DNA of 48,691 nt from a virus. The stretch covers positions 1 to 48,691 of IMG/VR virus record IMGVR_UViG_3300048924_000031. The stretch is one strand, 5' to 3'. Under the pieces are notes generated by a model. The model saw only the letters and a list, made by a program, of their open reading frames with translations, had not been told where the DNA came from and did not search any database. A program made the translations under genes and the position numbers. Positions 33,195-40,856 of this stretch are shown here, in pieces; the first letter of the stretch is position 1; every line of letters begins with the position of its first letter.

Positions 33195-33289
33195 GGGTGA
33201 TAGGTCTGGATGTAGTGGAATGTAATCCATTTGAACCAATTGTATCAGTTGTGGTTCCATGGCGTCTGGCCATTACTTTTTGGCGCTCA

Positions 33290-33336
33290 TAAAAAAGCCC
33301 CGATTTGAGCATAACTGAAGTCATAGGCTTGGGGCT
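33290..33336 (-). terminator. Terminator-like element upstream of the holin (6-bp GC stem, 29-nt loop, T6)
   Basis: The minus strand reads agcccc...ggggct followed by TTTTTTA, about 30 nt before the first in-frame ATG of the holin ORF. The stem is weak. Confidence 0.35.
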
Positions 33337-33370
33337 GTGTTCCGTTACCTGCGTCTCACCCCGTGCAGTG

Positions 33371-33405
33371 TATCTGCATGCTATCTGCCAGAGTTCCTGC
33401 ATGCT
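33371..33405. repeat. Short direct repeats TATCTGC (x2) and CTGCATGCT (x2, 23 bp apart)
   Basis: Read directly: tatctgcatgctatctgccagagttcctgcatgct. Confidence 0.7.
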
Positions 33406-33491
33406 GCGACAGGTATATCCAGAAGCTAACAGGATTTCAAGTCCTGCGCTGGCATTGTCACTGGATGCAAGAATGATAACACATGCATAAA

Positions 33492-33544
33492 AATGCACAT
33501 ATTCTGCCAGTTTTGCTGAAAAACGGTAATTTAATGCACATTCT
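33492..33544. repeat. Direct repeat AATGCACAT(A)TTCT, two copies 41 bp apart
   Basis: aatgcacatattct at 33492 and aatgcacattct at 33533, plus a related acatgcat at 33481. Confidence 0.7.
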
Positions 33545-33548
33545 AGGC

Positions 33549-33583
33549 AAAAAAATACCCACTGGACGGTACACAGTGGGTAT
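33549..33583 (-). terminator. Intrinsic terminator after the HNH gene (end of the leftward early operon)
   Basis: 10-bp stem atacccactg/cagtgggtat with a 9-nt loop. The minus strand then reads TTTTTTT. Confidence 0.85.
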
Positions 33584-33619
33584 CAAGGTTGCATCGCTGC
33601 GGAGGGGGGACGCTGCGAT

Positions 33620-34180
33620 TTAGTGCAAGGTCAAGTGTACACCAGATTTAACGATTGCGCGCCATTCATCTGGATGTTTTGAGCCTTTTTTCATGTTGCA
33701 TCTCGGACATAGAAGCTGAAGATTGTCAGGCCAGTTAGAGCCGCCTAGTACAAGCGGCATGATGTGGTCGACGTGATAGTTGTTTTTCCCATCGATTACC
33801 AGCCAGGTAAAGCATGCACTGCATTTGCCTTCCTGCACATCAAGCATCTTAAGGATGTGCTCTCCAATGAATTTTCCGTCAACTCTTAGGCGATTAGCTC
33901 TGCGCCTCGCATTATCAGCATTCTTTTGCTCTGGATGCGCTGCTCTATATTTGGCTGCACCAATCTTCTTGGCTGCTATCTTCTCTTCTGTTGTCGCGGG
34001 AACATATGGCCTTGATTTCTTTGGCTTCTTTGTTTCGGCACGACAAGCTATGCATCCGCCGCCCAAGGTCTTTTCTGAAAGATGACCTTTGAAACACGAT
34101 GAACCATCGAAGTATTTTTGATGACCAGCGAATTTTGCTTGCTTGTACGAAATTAGGTGCAGATGAATCTGTTCTGGCAT
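33620..34180 (-). CDS. HNH endonuclease
   Basis: HVDHIMPLVLGGSNWPDNLQLLCPRCNMKKG, plus N-terminal Cys clusters. Confidence 0.9.
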   Translation of the reverse strand: MPEQIHLHLISYKQAKFAGHQKYFDGSSCFKGHLSEKTLGGGCIACRAETKKPKKSRPYVPATTEEKIAAKKIGAAKYRAAHPEQKNADNARRRANRLRVDGKFIGEHILKMLDVQEGKCSACFTWLVIDGKNNYHVDHIMPLVLGGSNWPDNLQLLCPRCNMKKGSKHPDEWRAIVKSGVHLTLH

Positions 34181-34280
34181 GGCTTAGCGTCCACGTGATT
34201 AGCTTGATTGATTTGCGCCAAACCTTGCTAAAGGGTCTTTCGGGTTGCATTCCCTAGGCGCGCACCAATTCTAACACATG

Positions 34281-34505
34281 CTATGCCATAGCTTTATACA
34301 TCGGTGCGCATTTAATTCTCAGCTCAAGATCGCGTTCGGTCTGTGCCCGATCAGAAAGCCAGGACTTCAGCTTGATTCGAAGTGTCGAGCCCTTATCACC
34401 ATGCATAGCCTTGTCTCGGAACCGCTCGTAAGCAGCAAAGCCAATCTCGCTCAAGGTCATCATGGCCTCGGCGTTGATTGCGTCGATGTCGTGAATTGTT
34501 GTCAT
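34281..34505 (-). CDS. Hypothetical protein, 74 aa
   Basis: ATGA overlap with the upstream stop. Confidence 0.55.
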   Translation of the reverse strand: MTTIHDIDAINAEAMMTLSEIGFAAYERFRDKAMHGDKGSTLRIKLKSWLSDRAQTERDLELRIKCAPMYKAMA

Positions 34506-34729
34506 TTTGGTGGCTCCGGAAGATTCATCCAATGTGTGGCAATGAAGTAATTAGACCTGAACTCATGCCAAACCTCTTTGCCGCAAACTTTTTCATAACA
34601 GCCGGTCACAAACTCTCCGCAGCCAACGTTAACTCCATCTGTCAAGATGACATCAATTGTTTCATACATGCACACATTGCCTGACAGCTGGATTGGCAAC
34701 TCTGCATCTATACTTATCCACTCGCTCAC
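34502..34729 (-). CDS. DUF551-like protein, 75 aa
   Basis: GTG start (GTGA overlap) with GGAGG upstream. C-terminal THWMNLPEPP signature. Confidence 0.6.
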   Translation of the reverse strand: MSEWISIDAELPIQLSGNVCMYETIDVILTDGVNVGCGEFVTGCYEKVCGKEVWHEFRSNYFIATHWMNLPEPPK

Positions 34730-34923
34730 TTCTTCGCCCTCCACCAGTACCAAGCATCCATTGCGTAACGATAAGGCCAGAATGCTGACCAGACTGCCCA
34801 TGCTGCGATCCAAGGCCATATCGATTGGTCGCCATTAACATTTTCGTATACGCCGTGATGCCATACCAGCGGCCAGTACGAGAAAAAGCCGACCGCCAGA
34901 TAGATTGCGATTAGGGTTGTCAT
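34726..34923 (-). CDS. Small Trp-rich membrane protein, 65 aa
   Basis: ATGA overlap. Two hydrophobic segments. Confidence 0.55.
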   Translation of the reverse strand: MTTLIAIYLAVGFFSYWPLVWHHGVYENVNGDQSIWPWIAAWAVWSAFWPYRYAMDAWYWWRAKK

Positions 34924-35135
34924 GGGCGCGGCTCCAGTGTTTCTTTCCAATCTCCGAATACCAAGCTCGCACAGATATCCTCATATTTATAATTCTCCAT
35001 TGGCTTGCCCTGACTCCAGCATTCTGCAACATCACAGGATACAGGCGCAATATTCCACCAACTCCACCACCCGTCCTTATCCTGCGCGAGAAACATCGCC
35101 CAATCAGGAGCATCTTTCCATTCAGGCTTTCTCAT
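34920..35135 (-). CDS. Hypothetical Trp-rich protein, 71 aa
   Basis: ATGA overlap. The motif WKDAPDWAMFLAQDKDGWW is common in small phage proteins. Confidence 0.55.
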   Translation of the reverse strand: MRKPEWKDAPDWAMFLAQDKDGWWSWWNIAPVSCDVAECWSQGKPMENYKYEDICASLVFGDWKETLEPRP

Positions 35136-35350
35136 AACTTAACCCCCAAAGACCGCTCAACCGCCATAGACTGCAACCACTCCAACTCATGCGCCTCAAT
35201 CAGCGTCGTGTGCTTGACGATCTTCTGCGTACTAGTTAGCGCAGTCTGACTGCCTACCAACTCCCAGTCGCCGGATTCGTATAGGAGGAATTGGCCAGGT
35301 TTGAATGACTCAGGTGCGCCTTGTTTCCATTTTACGATTACGTTGATCAT
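35132..35350 (-). CDS. Hypothetical protein, 72 aa
   Basis: The internal ATG 35350 is preferred, because the region upstream of it translates to an implausible peptide. Confidence 0.5.
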   Translation of the reverse strand: MINVIVKWKQGAPESFKPGQFLLYESGDWELVGSQTALTSTQKIVKHTTLIEAHELEWLQSMAVERSLGVKL

Positions 35351-35439
35351 ACAGACACCGCCACAAGGCAATAAAAAAGGATTGCAGCAAATGACCAGCC
35401 TGTAATGCAGCAAATCTTAAGCCGCGCAGCTCTGAAATA

Positions 35440-35556
35440 CTAGCCAATCAGTTTGTCTTTTGCGTAGAAATAACGGTCTTGATACTGACTTACGATTCCT
35501 TGCCAGTCCTGACTCCAATCAATTTCAACCTCATCATCCCATGGATACTTTTTCAT
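35440..35556 (-). CDS. Possible small protein, 38 aa (MKKYPWDDEVEIDWSQDWQGIVSQYQDRYFYAKDKLIG)
   Basis: ATGA overlap with the upstream stop. Not in the ORF track. Confidence 0.35.
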   Translation of the reverse strand: MKKYPWDDEVEIDWSQDWQGIVSQYQDRYFYAKDKLIG

Positions 35557-35720
35557 AAACTACCCTCAACCATCATATAAAACCCATAAGTAAACGCAGC
35601 CATTACGACAGCAGCAGTCAGCCAGATAAGCGCTGTGATTCGAACACCAATCAGTAGAGAGCTGAACACGAACAGCGCCACCATTACGATCAAGATTAGG
35701 AATATGCCTAGGTAAAACAT
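35553..35720 (-). CDS. Small two-TM membrane protein, 55 aa
   Basis: ATG 35720 with AGGAGGGG upstream. Confidence 0.55.
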   Translation of the reverse strand: MFYLGIFLILIVMVALFVFSSLLIGVRITALIWLTAAVVMAAFTYGFYMMVEGSL

Positions 35721-35790
35721 GATTCGCCCCTCCTGTGTGATTTCTTTTAGGTTAGACCGCGTGGTTAGCGCGGTCAATCCCTAATCGCAA

Positions 35791-36912
35791 TTAATGCAGC
35801 ATTTCAGGCGATACGGTGATTCGGCTTACCTCGCCAAAGTCCTTGTGGTAGGTGATAACCGTAGAGCTGCGACCAGACATCCATCCGCCACGGCTTGCGT
35901 ATGCGTCAGCGCCAGCCAGGGTGCGGTGCTGCTCAACGATCATCAGACTGGTTTCCTTAAGGTCACGATGGTGCAGGTGTCCCGTGTGCGCGTAGGAGAA
36001 TTTGGTACGCCCGAACACTTCGCGGAACTTGGCGACGAATACAGAATCGATACCGGCCATCCGGTGCTTGTGGGAGTGGTGCCAGAACAGGCTAGTTAGA
36101 CCGTGCTCATAGCAGTAGTACGGGTCAGGTCGCGTCTCAACGGTAATGCGTGGCTCATCCATGTAGCGGGCAGCGAACAGCTCACGAAGCCATACAGACG
36201 ATGCAAGGTCGTGATTTCCTTCTGCCATTAGCATGAACACTTTCGGATATTTAGCGAGCAGCATATCCACGATACGAGCCACTGTACGGATGACTACGCG
36301 CACTAGACGACTGAAGCGGGTGTCTGCATCAAGGTTGTGTCCGCTGCTCGGCGTGATGCTCTCCAGCCCGTCAAAGTGCATGAAATCGCCAAGCTGCGCG
36401 AATACACACGATGACGCATCAGGAGCCTGGCTAATCGACTGAGCAAACCAGTTGATAAGCATCTGCTCGGCGATATCGGTATCCCAATCGTCGCCAGTCT
36501 CAGGCTTCCAGGCGAGCATACCGAAGTGATAGTCGGAGATGGTGTAGACGTTAAGCAGGGTTTCGTTATTGGCGATTGGTGGAGCTACTGCGCGAACTGC
36601 CGGGATCTCTTCCTTGAGTGCTGATACCGTTTCCATCAGCAACTGTAGACGGCGCTCGTCGTCAGTGGTTGTCTTTACCCACTGAGCAGAGAGTATGCCG
36701 TCCTTGTTGTACAGGCTAGACACGCCCTTAACCTTGAAGCCATCAGGGCATTGCCGAGTCATATCATGCTCTGGCGAGTAACCTGACACAGCCAACTTAG
36801 CCTTCCACCGCCGCATAGTCCGTTCATTCACGCCAAGCATATCTGCCATCGACTGGTTCGTGCCGCCCACTGCAAGAGCTTCCTTTACGCGCTGCTCGTT
36901 GTATTCGGTCAT
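35791..36912 (-). CDS. HTH-fused calcineurin-like metallophosphoesterase, 373 aa
   Basis: N-terminal HTH (NQSMADMLGVNERTMRRWKAKL). Phosphoesterase motifs SDYHFG, GDFMHFD, GNHD and GHLHH. ATGA overlap at 36912. Confidence 0.75.
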   Translation of the reverse strand: MTEYNEQRVKEALAVGGTNQSMADMLGVNERTMRRWKAKLAVSGYSPEHDMTRQCPDGFKVKGVSSLYNKDGILSAQWVKTTTDDERRLQLLMETVSALKEEIPAVRAVAPPIANNETLLNVYTISDYHFGMLAWKPETGDDWDTDIAEQMLINWFAQSISQAPDASSCVFAQLGDFMHFDGLESITPSSGHNLDADTRFSRLVRVVIRTVARIVDMLLAKYPKVFMLMAEGNHDLASSVWLRELFAARYMDEPRITVETRPDPYYCYEHGLTSLFWHHSHKHRMAGIDSVFVAKFREVFGRTKFSYAHTGHLHHRDLKETSLMIVEQHRTLAGADAYASRGGWMSGRSSTVITYHKDFGEVSRITVSPEMLH

Positions 36913-37421
36913 TGGGCTGTGCTCGTTGGGCTTAGGCGGTAGGCTGTAATTCCATGCCAGTGTTCGGCACCGCATGGATCCCCGTCTCTTGATTTGAAGT
37001 CGCCCATAGTAAGCGCAGGAATTGAATAAGCCTCGTCGCCATCGGTGTATCTGACATCTACCAGAACGCCTTTCGCAACCGGTGATGAATCGTCTCCATT
37101 CCATTCAAGCCATGCGCTGGCTACTTCCTTCTCCTCTAGCTGCCCACACTGCTCACTAGCTGCCTCGGCGTACAGTGACGCATAAGCCACGAAGTCAAGC
37201 GCGGAGTCATGATGGTATTGCTCGGGGTTTTGCGCCTGCCTGACGAGCTTCAGGAGGCTTAGCATGAGCCAGCCGTCACTCTCTTCAAGTGTGCGACCAG
37301 TGATGCAGTTGAACGCGCTGATTGTTGCGCCCATTGAACGCTCGCCAGTCGGCTTGTCGTACTGCTTGCCGCGCTCAGCCTGAACGTCGATTGCTGCCTG
37401 TAGGAATTCGGTCGATTTCAC
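36909..37421 (-). CDS. Hypothetical two-module protein, 170 aa
   Basis: N-terminal ERGKQYD...FNCITG...DGWLMLSLLKLVR type domain. C-terminal module PVAKGVLVDVRYTDG...ITAYRL is shared with ORF 24616..25494. Confidence 0.6.
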   Translation of the reverse strand: MKSTEFLQAAIDVQAERGKQYDKPTGERSMGATISAFNCITGRTLEESDGWLMLSLLKLVRQAQNPEQYHHDSALDFVAYASLYAEAASEQCGQLEEKEVASAWLEWNGDDSSPVAKGVLVDVRYTDGDEAYSIPALTMGDFKSRDGDPCGAEHWHGITAYRLSPTSTAQ

Positions 37422-37606
37422 TTGTCAGCCTCCATATCCTTACGCCCAGCTTCCCATCCCCAATGAGCAGTTGCAACCATCTGCCCGACATAGCTACCGT
37501 CTTCATTCTTGCGGAATGCGACACCAGTATCAAAAACCGCTTCCTCTCCATATGCCGAGTAGATTTCGTTCATTTCTTTTTCGTATGCCAGTTCAAAAGC
37601 GTTCAT
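37418..37606 (-). CDS. Hypothetical protein, 62 aa
   Basis: ATGA overlap with the upstream stop. Confidence 0.5.
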   Translation of the reverse strand: MNAFELAYEKEMNEIYSAYGEEAVFDTGVAFRKNEDGSYVGQMVATAHWGWEAGRKDMEADK

Positions 37607-37788
37607 TCTTGTGTCTCCATGTCGTCGAGGTTGATGCCACATTCTTCTTCAGCTAGTCGGAGCAGTGCTCGCTCTTCACGAACACCAAACACTCCTCGCT
37701 CAAGCCTGTTCTGGCTGACACCGCTTCTTGCGGCGATCAAGGCCAAAGACCATCCTCTAGCCTGCATCTCCTTGATAATTTCATGCAT
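37603..37788 (-). CDS. Small HTH protein, 61 aa
   Basis: GWSLALIAARSGVSQNRLERG is a helix-turn-helix-like pattern. Confidence 0.55.
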   Translation of the reverse strand: MHEIIKEMQARGWSLALIAARSGVSQNRLERGVFGVREERALLRLAEEECGINLDDMETQE

Positions 37789-38080
37789 GCAGTTCTTCCT
37801 TGTGTGTTACGTCTAGTGGGTCAGCTTCTGGTTTGATTGGTAGAAGGTGACTAGGCAAGGCAAATGAATAATTGTTATCGACAATAGTGCCGTCCATGAA
37901 TAAGGACTTAAGTCCTTTTGCCTCAATCATCCAACACGGCTTGGATCCGCCAAACGTCATGCCGTTGAATGTCTCATCAGTCTGAACCAATTTAACTAGC
38001 TCAACAATCATTCCGATGTTCGCTGGATTGCGATCGCATCCAGTAACCATCGCCAACATTCCAGCCTGCAACTCGCTCAT
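37781..38080 (-). CDS. Hypothetical protein, 99 aa
   Basis: ATGA overlap at 38080. Confidence 0.55.
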   Translation of the reverse strand: MSELQAGMLAMVTGCDRNPANIGMIVELVKLVQTDETFNGMTFGGSKPCWMIEAKGLKSLFMDGTIVDNNYSFALPSHLLPIKPEADPLDVTHKEELHA

Positions 38081-38304
38081 ACCCAAAGCCCCTGCGCAAT
38101 CAGATTCTCGTGAACCTCGGCCAGATCGACCGAGAATTCGAGTTTAGTACAGAATGCGGCGCATGCGTTCCAGTACTCGTGGCGGGCGTTGGTGAGTGCT
38201 TCTTTAGTGGTGATGATTTGTGTTGGATGGGTAACGTCGGCGCTGATATAGGCCAATTGTGCCGCTTCGAGTGCTTCCCGTGCGGCTTTGACTGTGATGC
38301 TCAT
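38077..38304 (-). CDS. Hypothetical protein, 75 aa
   Basis: Start/stop coupled chain. Confidence 0.55.
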   Translation of the reverse strand: MSITVKAAREALEAAQLAYISADVTHPTQIITTKEALTNARHEYWNACAAFCTKLEFSVDLAEVHENLIAQGLWV

Positions 38305-38534
38305 GATCTATTCCCCTCTATCTGCGCCCAAATGGCGCGTTCGATCTCATTTATATACTCGTTGCAGATTAAGTCAAGCGCTGAAGTGGAAATATTTTCG
38401 CCTATCTCGTCCTGGCCGCTGATGCATGTCCATTCTAGTTCGCTGTAGCCGTTTGCGTGGCGTGTAGATGGCTCGTAGTTGGCGTAGGTGATATCTACGT
38501 CTAGAACGAGCCCATGGAGGTTCACGATTGGCAT
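38301..38534 (-). CDS. Hypothetical protein, 77 aa
   Basis: Its start shares one base with the upstream stop. Confidence 0.55.
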   Translation of the reverse strand: MPIVNLHGLVLDVDITYANYEPSTRHANGYSELEWTCISGQDEIGENISTSALDLICNEYINEIERAIWAQIEGNRS

Positions 38535-38716
38535 CAGGAATGGTTCTCCGGAGAACTGATAGTCGCCTTGACCTTAATTCCTCCAATTGCCCAGCCAAGC
38601 CCCCAGCAGTGTTCGCACGGCCCATCCGGATGATAGTTGCATCCGCAGTCGGCAGCCTCCTCAAGCGTCCAGTTGTACTTAGCCTCCAGCGCCTTAACTT
38701 CTTCGTCGTATGTCAT
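38534..38716 (-). CDS. Hypothetical Cys-rich protein, 60 aa
   Basis: ATG 38716 with GGAGGGG upstream. CGC...CEHC motif. Confidence 0.55.
   Translation of the reverse strand: MTYDEEVKALEAKYNWTLEEAADCGCNYHPDGPCEHCWGLGWAIGGIKVKATISSPENHS
38543..38556. promoter_or_regulatory. 14-bp perfect palindrome GTTCTCCGGAGAAC (exact copy 2)
   Basis: Read directly. Lies in the last codons of ORF 38534..38716, 9 nt upstream of the next start codon, and in a different reading frame from copy 1. Confidence 0.8.
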
Positions 38717-38740
38717 ACACCCCTCCAATAACTAATTTTC

Positions 38741-38769
38741 ACCTTAACGGCAGGCAGAATATACGTCAA
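38741..38769 (-). promoter_or_regulatory. Internal sigma70-type promoter TTGACG-17-TAAGGT
   Basis: Read on the minus strand in the 73-bp gap between ORFs 38790.. and ..38716. Confidence 0.45.
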
Positions 38770-38789
38770 CGCGAACCATGTGCAAGCGA

Positions 38790-39119
38790 TTATTGGCATA
38801 GTGATTCCCCAATGTAGCTAGCTGCCCTAAGCACGGCTATGCGCATGGCCTGACTTTTATCATTGCTTGACCAGTACTCCATGCACCGTTCGCCATCTCC
38901 ATATACCGCAACGGATCGATAAACGATGCTGTCAAACCGAAGCGTCATGTTGAGGTCTGATGCCAGCTCAAACGAATCCGCGCTCGACGTCTCAGGCTCC
39001 CACCGCCTAAGAATAGCCCCATCCTTAGCCAGGTAGTTCGCGCCCGTAGCTGGATCAGTCCACAGGTCACACTCAATCGCGAAGGCTGCGTTTTTTAGGG
39101 TTGTGGTTGAGATGGTCAT
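38790..39119 (-). CDS. Hypothetical protein, 109 aa
   Basis: ORF in the early leftward operon. Confidence 0.55.
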   Translation of the reverse strand: MTISTTTLKNAAFAIECDLWTDPATGANYLAKDGAILRRWEPETSSADSFELASDLNMTLRFDSIVYRSVAVYGDGERCMEYWSSNDKSQAMRIAVLRAASYIGESLCQ

Positions 39120-39373
39120 TTTGCTCGCTCCATTATCTCTTTGAAGTCTTCCATGGTCATTCCGTTTTGCTCTGTAAAATGCTCAAGACAGATAAGAAGC
39201 CCAATCTCATCGAGCAGGCCACCAATATCAAAGGCTTCAACAATTTCCTTAGCCGTAAACTGGCGAATAACATCAGCCTGGTCGACCTCAACAACCATCT
39301 CAATACCGCTATCTTCACGAGCGTAACGGTGCGCAACCGAGAACCTCTGACACTCAATGTTTATGTATTTCAT
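39116..39373 (-). CDS. Hypothetical protein, 85 aa
   Basis: ATG 39373 with GGAGGGG upstream. Confidence 0.55.
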   Translation of the reverse strand: MKYINIECQRFSVAHRYAREDSGIEMVVEVDQADVIRQFTAKEIVEAFDIGGLLDEIGLLICLEHFTEQNGMTMEDFKEIMERAK

Positions 39374-39442
39374 AACCCCTCCAAAAATAATCCAAAAAGA
39401 AAGGCTCACATTAGGAGCCTTTTGGTTTTGCGTCAACAAAAA

Positions 39443-39604
39443 TTAAACCAGTTTTCGGTATTTTACTTTTCCACAGCATTTGCACTGCAAATTCATCCAT
39501 TGACCGTTCCTAACTGAACCCCACGAATCCCTTAGCTCATAAGGACCGCTATCAACAACCTTGTACTCGTGAACGCCGAATAGACACCACCACTTAGCGC
39601 TCAT
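39443..39604 (-). CDS. Hypothetical Cys-containing protein, 53 aa
   Basis: ATGA overlap at 39604. Confidence 0.5.
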   Translation of the reverse strand: MSAKWWCLFGVHEYKVVDSGPYELRDSWGSVRNGQWMNLQCKCCGKVKYRKLV

Positions 39605-39798
39605 TTCAAAATTTCCCGCGCCAACCGCTGAATATCGCCCCACAATTGCGATGAGGGTGAGTCTTCATACTGCGCCAGCATCTTAGCCAGGCGCACACCG
39701 GCTGGCTTGTGGGTGTCTTGCACGTCCATCACGTTTGCAGGGTATCGCTGATGGCTGATCACGGTAGCCAATTCCAGTTGTCCGGGTAGTGCGGTCAT
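39601..39798 (-). CDS. Hypothetical protein, 65 aa
   Basis: Coupled chain. Confidence 0.5.
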   Translation of the reverse strand: MTALPGQLELATVISHQRYPANVMDVQDTHKPAGVRLAKMLAQYEDSPSSQLWGDIQRLAREILK

Positions 39799-40016
39799 TT
39801 TGACGACTCCATAATAACCAGTGCTTTGATGACGTACTCGTCCTGATCGTCAAACTTCTTGCCTGTCAAGTGGCGCATGTGTGGCGATGGATATCCAGTC
39901 CTGCGCACAAATTCCCCATGCCAGCTAGTTTTTGCACCACCAGTCGAATCGAAGCACGACCCCCAGCGCTGCCCGGTTTCTTTGTTAACGATTACGTAAC
40001 CTTGAATATTGCTCAT
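39795..40016 (-). CDS. Hypothetical protein, 73 aa
   Basis: Coupled chain. Confidence 0.5.
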   Translation of the reverse strand: MSNIQGYVIVNKETGQRWGSCFDSTGGAKTSWHGEFVRRTGYPSPHMRHLTGKKFDDQDEYVIKALVIMESSK

Positions 40017-40315
40017 TCCTTTATCCTATTCATTGCCGCCGCAATACCGCGCATGTGTTCGCACGAGAAATCATCACCTATAACGCCGTATTTGTCACGC
40101 ACATAATTTAGAAGGTTGCTAGCGTGAAATATGATTTCTGCTGAAACTGCCGTCGTCTCCTGGCAGCGGGTGAAGGTGTCGAGGCGGTCATTCCACTCAT
40201 AGCATGCGAGCTGGTCGTCATCGCCATATGGCAGATACAGGCCATGCTTTTCGTGCCAATACACACCCTCAGGCACCGGCCAAATTTCCTCAAAACGCTC
40301 TCGAATCGTCTTCAT
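40013..40315 (-). CDS. Hypothetical protein, 100 aa
   Basis: GGAGTGGG RBS. Confidence 0.55.
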   Translation of the reverse strand: MKTIRERFEEIWPVPEGVYWHEKHGLYLPYGDDDQLACYEWNDRLDTFTRCQETTAVSAEIIFHASNLLNYVRDKYGVIGDDFSCEHMRGIAAAMNRIKE

Positions 40316-40327
40316 TTCCCACTCCGA

Positions 40328-40376
40328 TTGTTATAGTGTTACAAAAGGCGAATATTTGGTCAGGATTGTATACAAT
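40328..40376. promoter_or_regulatory. Two dyad-symmetric elements: TTGTTA-N5-TTACAA (40328-40344) and the perfect 12-bp palindrome ATTGTATACAAT (40365-40376)
   Basis: Read directly in a 67-bp intergenic gap inside the early leftward operon. Confidence 0.5.
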
Positions 40377-40382
40377 GCCAAG

Positions 40383-40670
40383 CTATTTTGTTGCTAAATC
40401 AATAGCTTGTTGTGCAATGTTGCGGACCAGATCTGTAGAAAGAGTTCCGTATTGGCAACCGTCGCTATCGTCTGCGTAATCGATGAGCATTTGTAGTGCG
40501 TCGATCAACTTTGGTGCGGCGGCGATTAGGCGAGCATCAGCATCTCTATTATCGCCGTACACATCAGCCAACGGTTCAATCATTCCGAACGACTGATCGT
40601 CCGCATCGCTTCTTGGGCCGATTTCAAATTTACTACCTATTCTCCAAGGCCCCTTCGTATATTCGCTCAT
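40383..40670 (-). CDS. Hypothetical protein, 95 aa
   Basis: The motif TKGPW...ARLIAAAPKLIDAL is common in phage small proteins. Confidence 0.55.
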   Translation of the reverse strand: MSEYTKGPWRIGSKFEIGPRSDADDQSFGMIEPLADVYGDNRDADARLIAAAPKLIDALQMLIDYADDSDGCQYGTLSTDLVRNIAQQAIDLATK

Positions 40671-40679
40671 TCCATCACC

Positions 40680-40856
40680 TCAATAAAAATCCACAAACAG
40701 TTCCCCTTTCTTCCCAAGCTCGCAGTCACACTCAAGCTGAGAGATAAGCACGCCGACAATAGGCTTATGGTCATCAAACCCTGTGCCTAGCTTTAGTTCG
40801 CCGCCGTGAGTGTCGTAGGCGGCTAGGAGGATGGGGAGTAGGTCGTTTAGGGTCAT
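40680..40856 (-). CDS. Hypothetical protein, 58 aa (MTLNDLLPILLAAYDTHGGELKLG...); not in the ORF track
   Basis: ATGA overlap with the upstream stop. Preferred over the listed ORF 40774..41049. Confidence 0.45.
   Translation of the reverse strand: MTLNDLLPILLAAYDTHGGELKLGTGFDDHKPIVGVLISQLECDCELGKKGELFVDFY

Noticed and set aside
33430-33446. A tRNA-like anticodon stem-loop (cagga-tttcaag-tcctg; the would-be anticodon TCA suggests an opal suppressor).
   Set aside because: I could not build an acceptor stem, D-arm or T-arm (no GTTCRA-type loop) around it. It is more likely part of the leader RNA or repeat region.
33163-33498. A 111-codon minus-strand ORF across the late leader region.
   Set aside because: It overlaps the holin N-terminus out of frame and runs through the repeat and terminator-like elements. 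It has no RBS, and its product is implausible.
33596-33620. A possible hairpin in gcatcgctgcggaggggggacgctgcgatt after the HNH stop.
   Set aside because: The two CGCTGCG copies are direct repeats, not inverted, so no stem can form.
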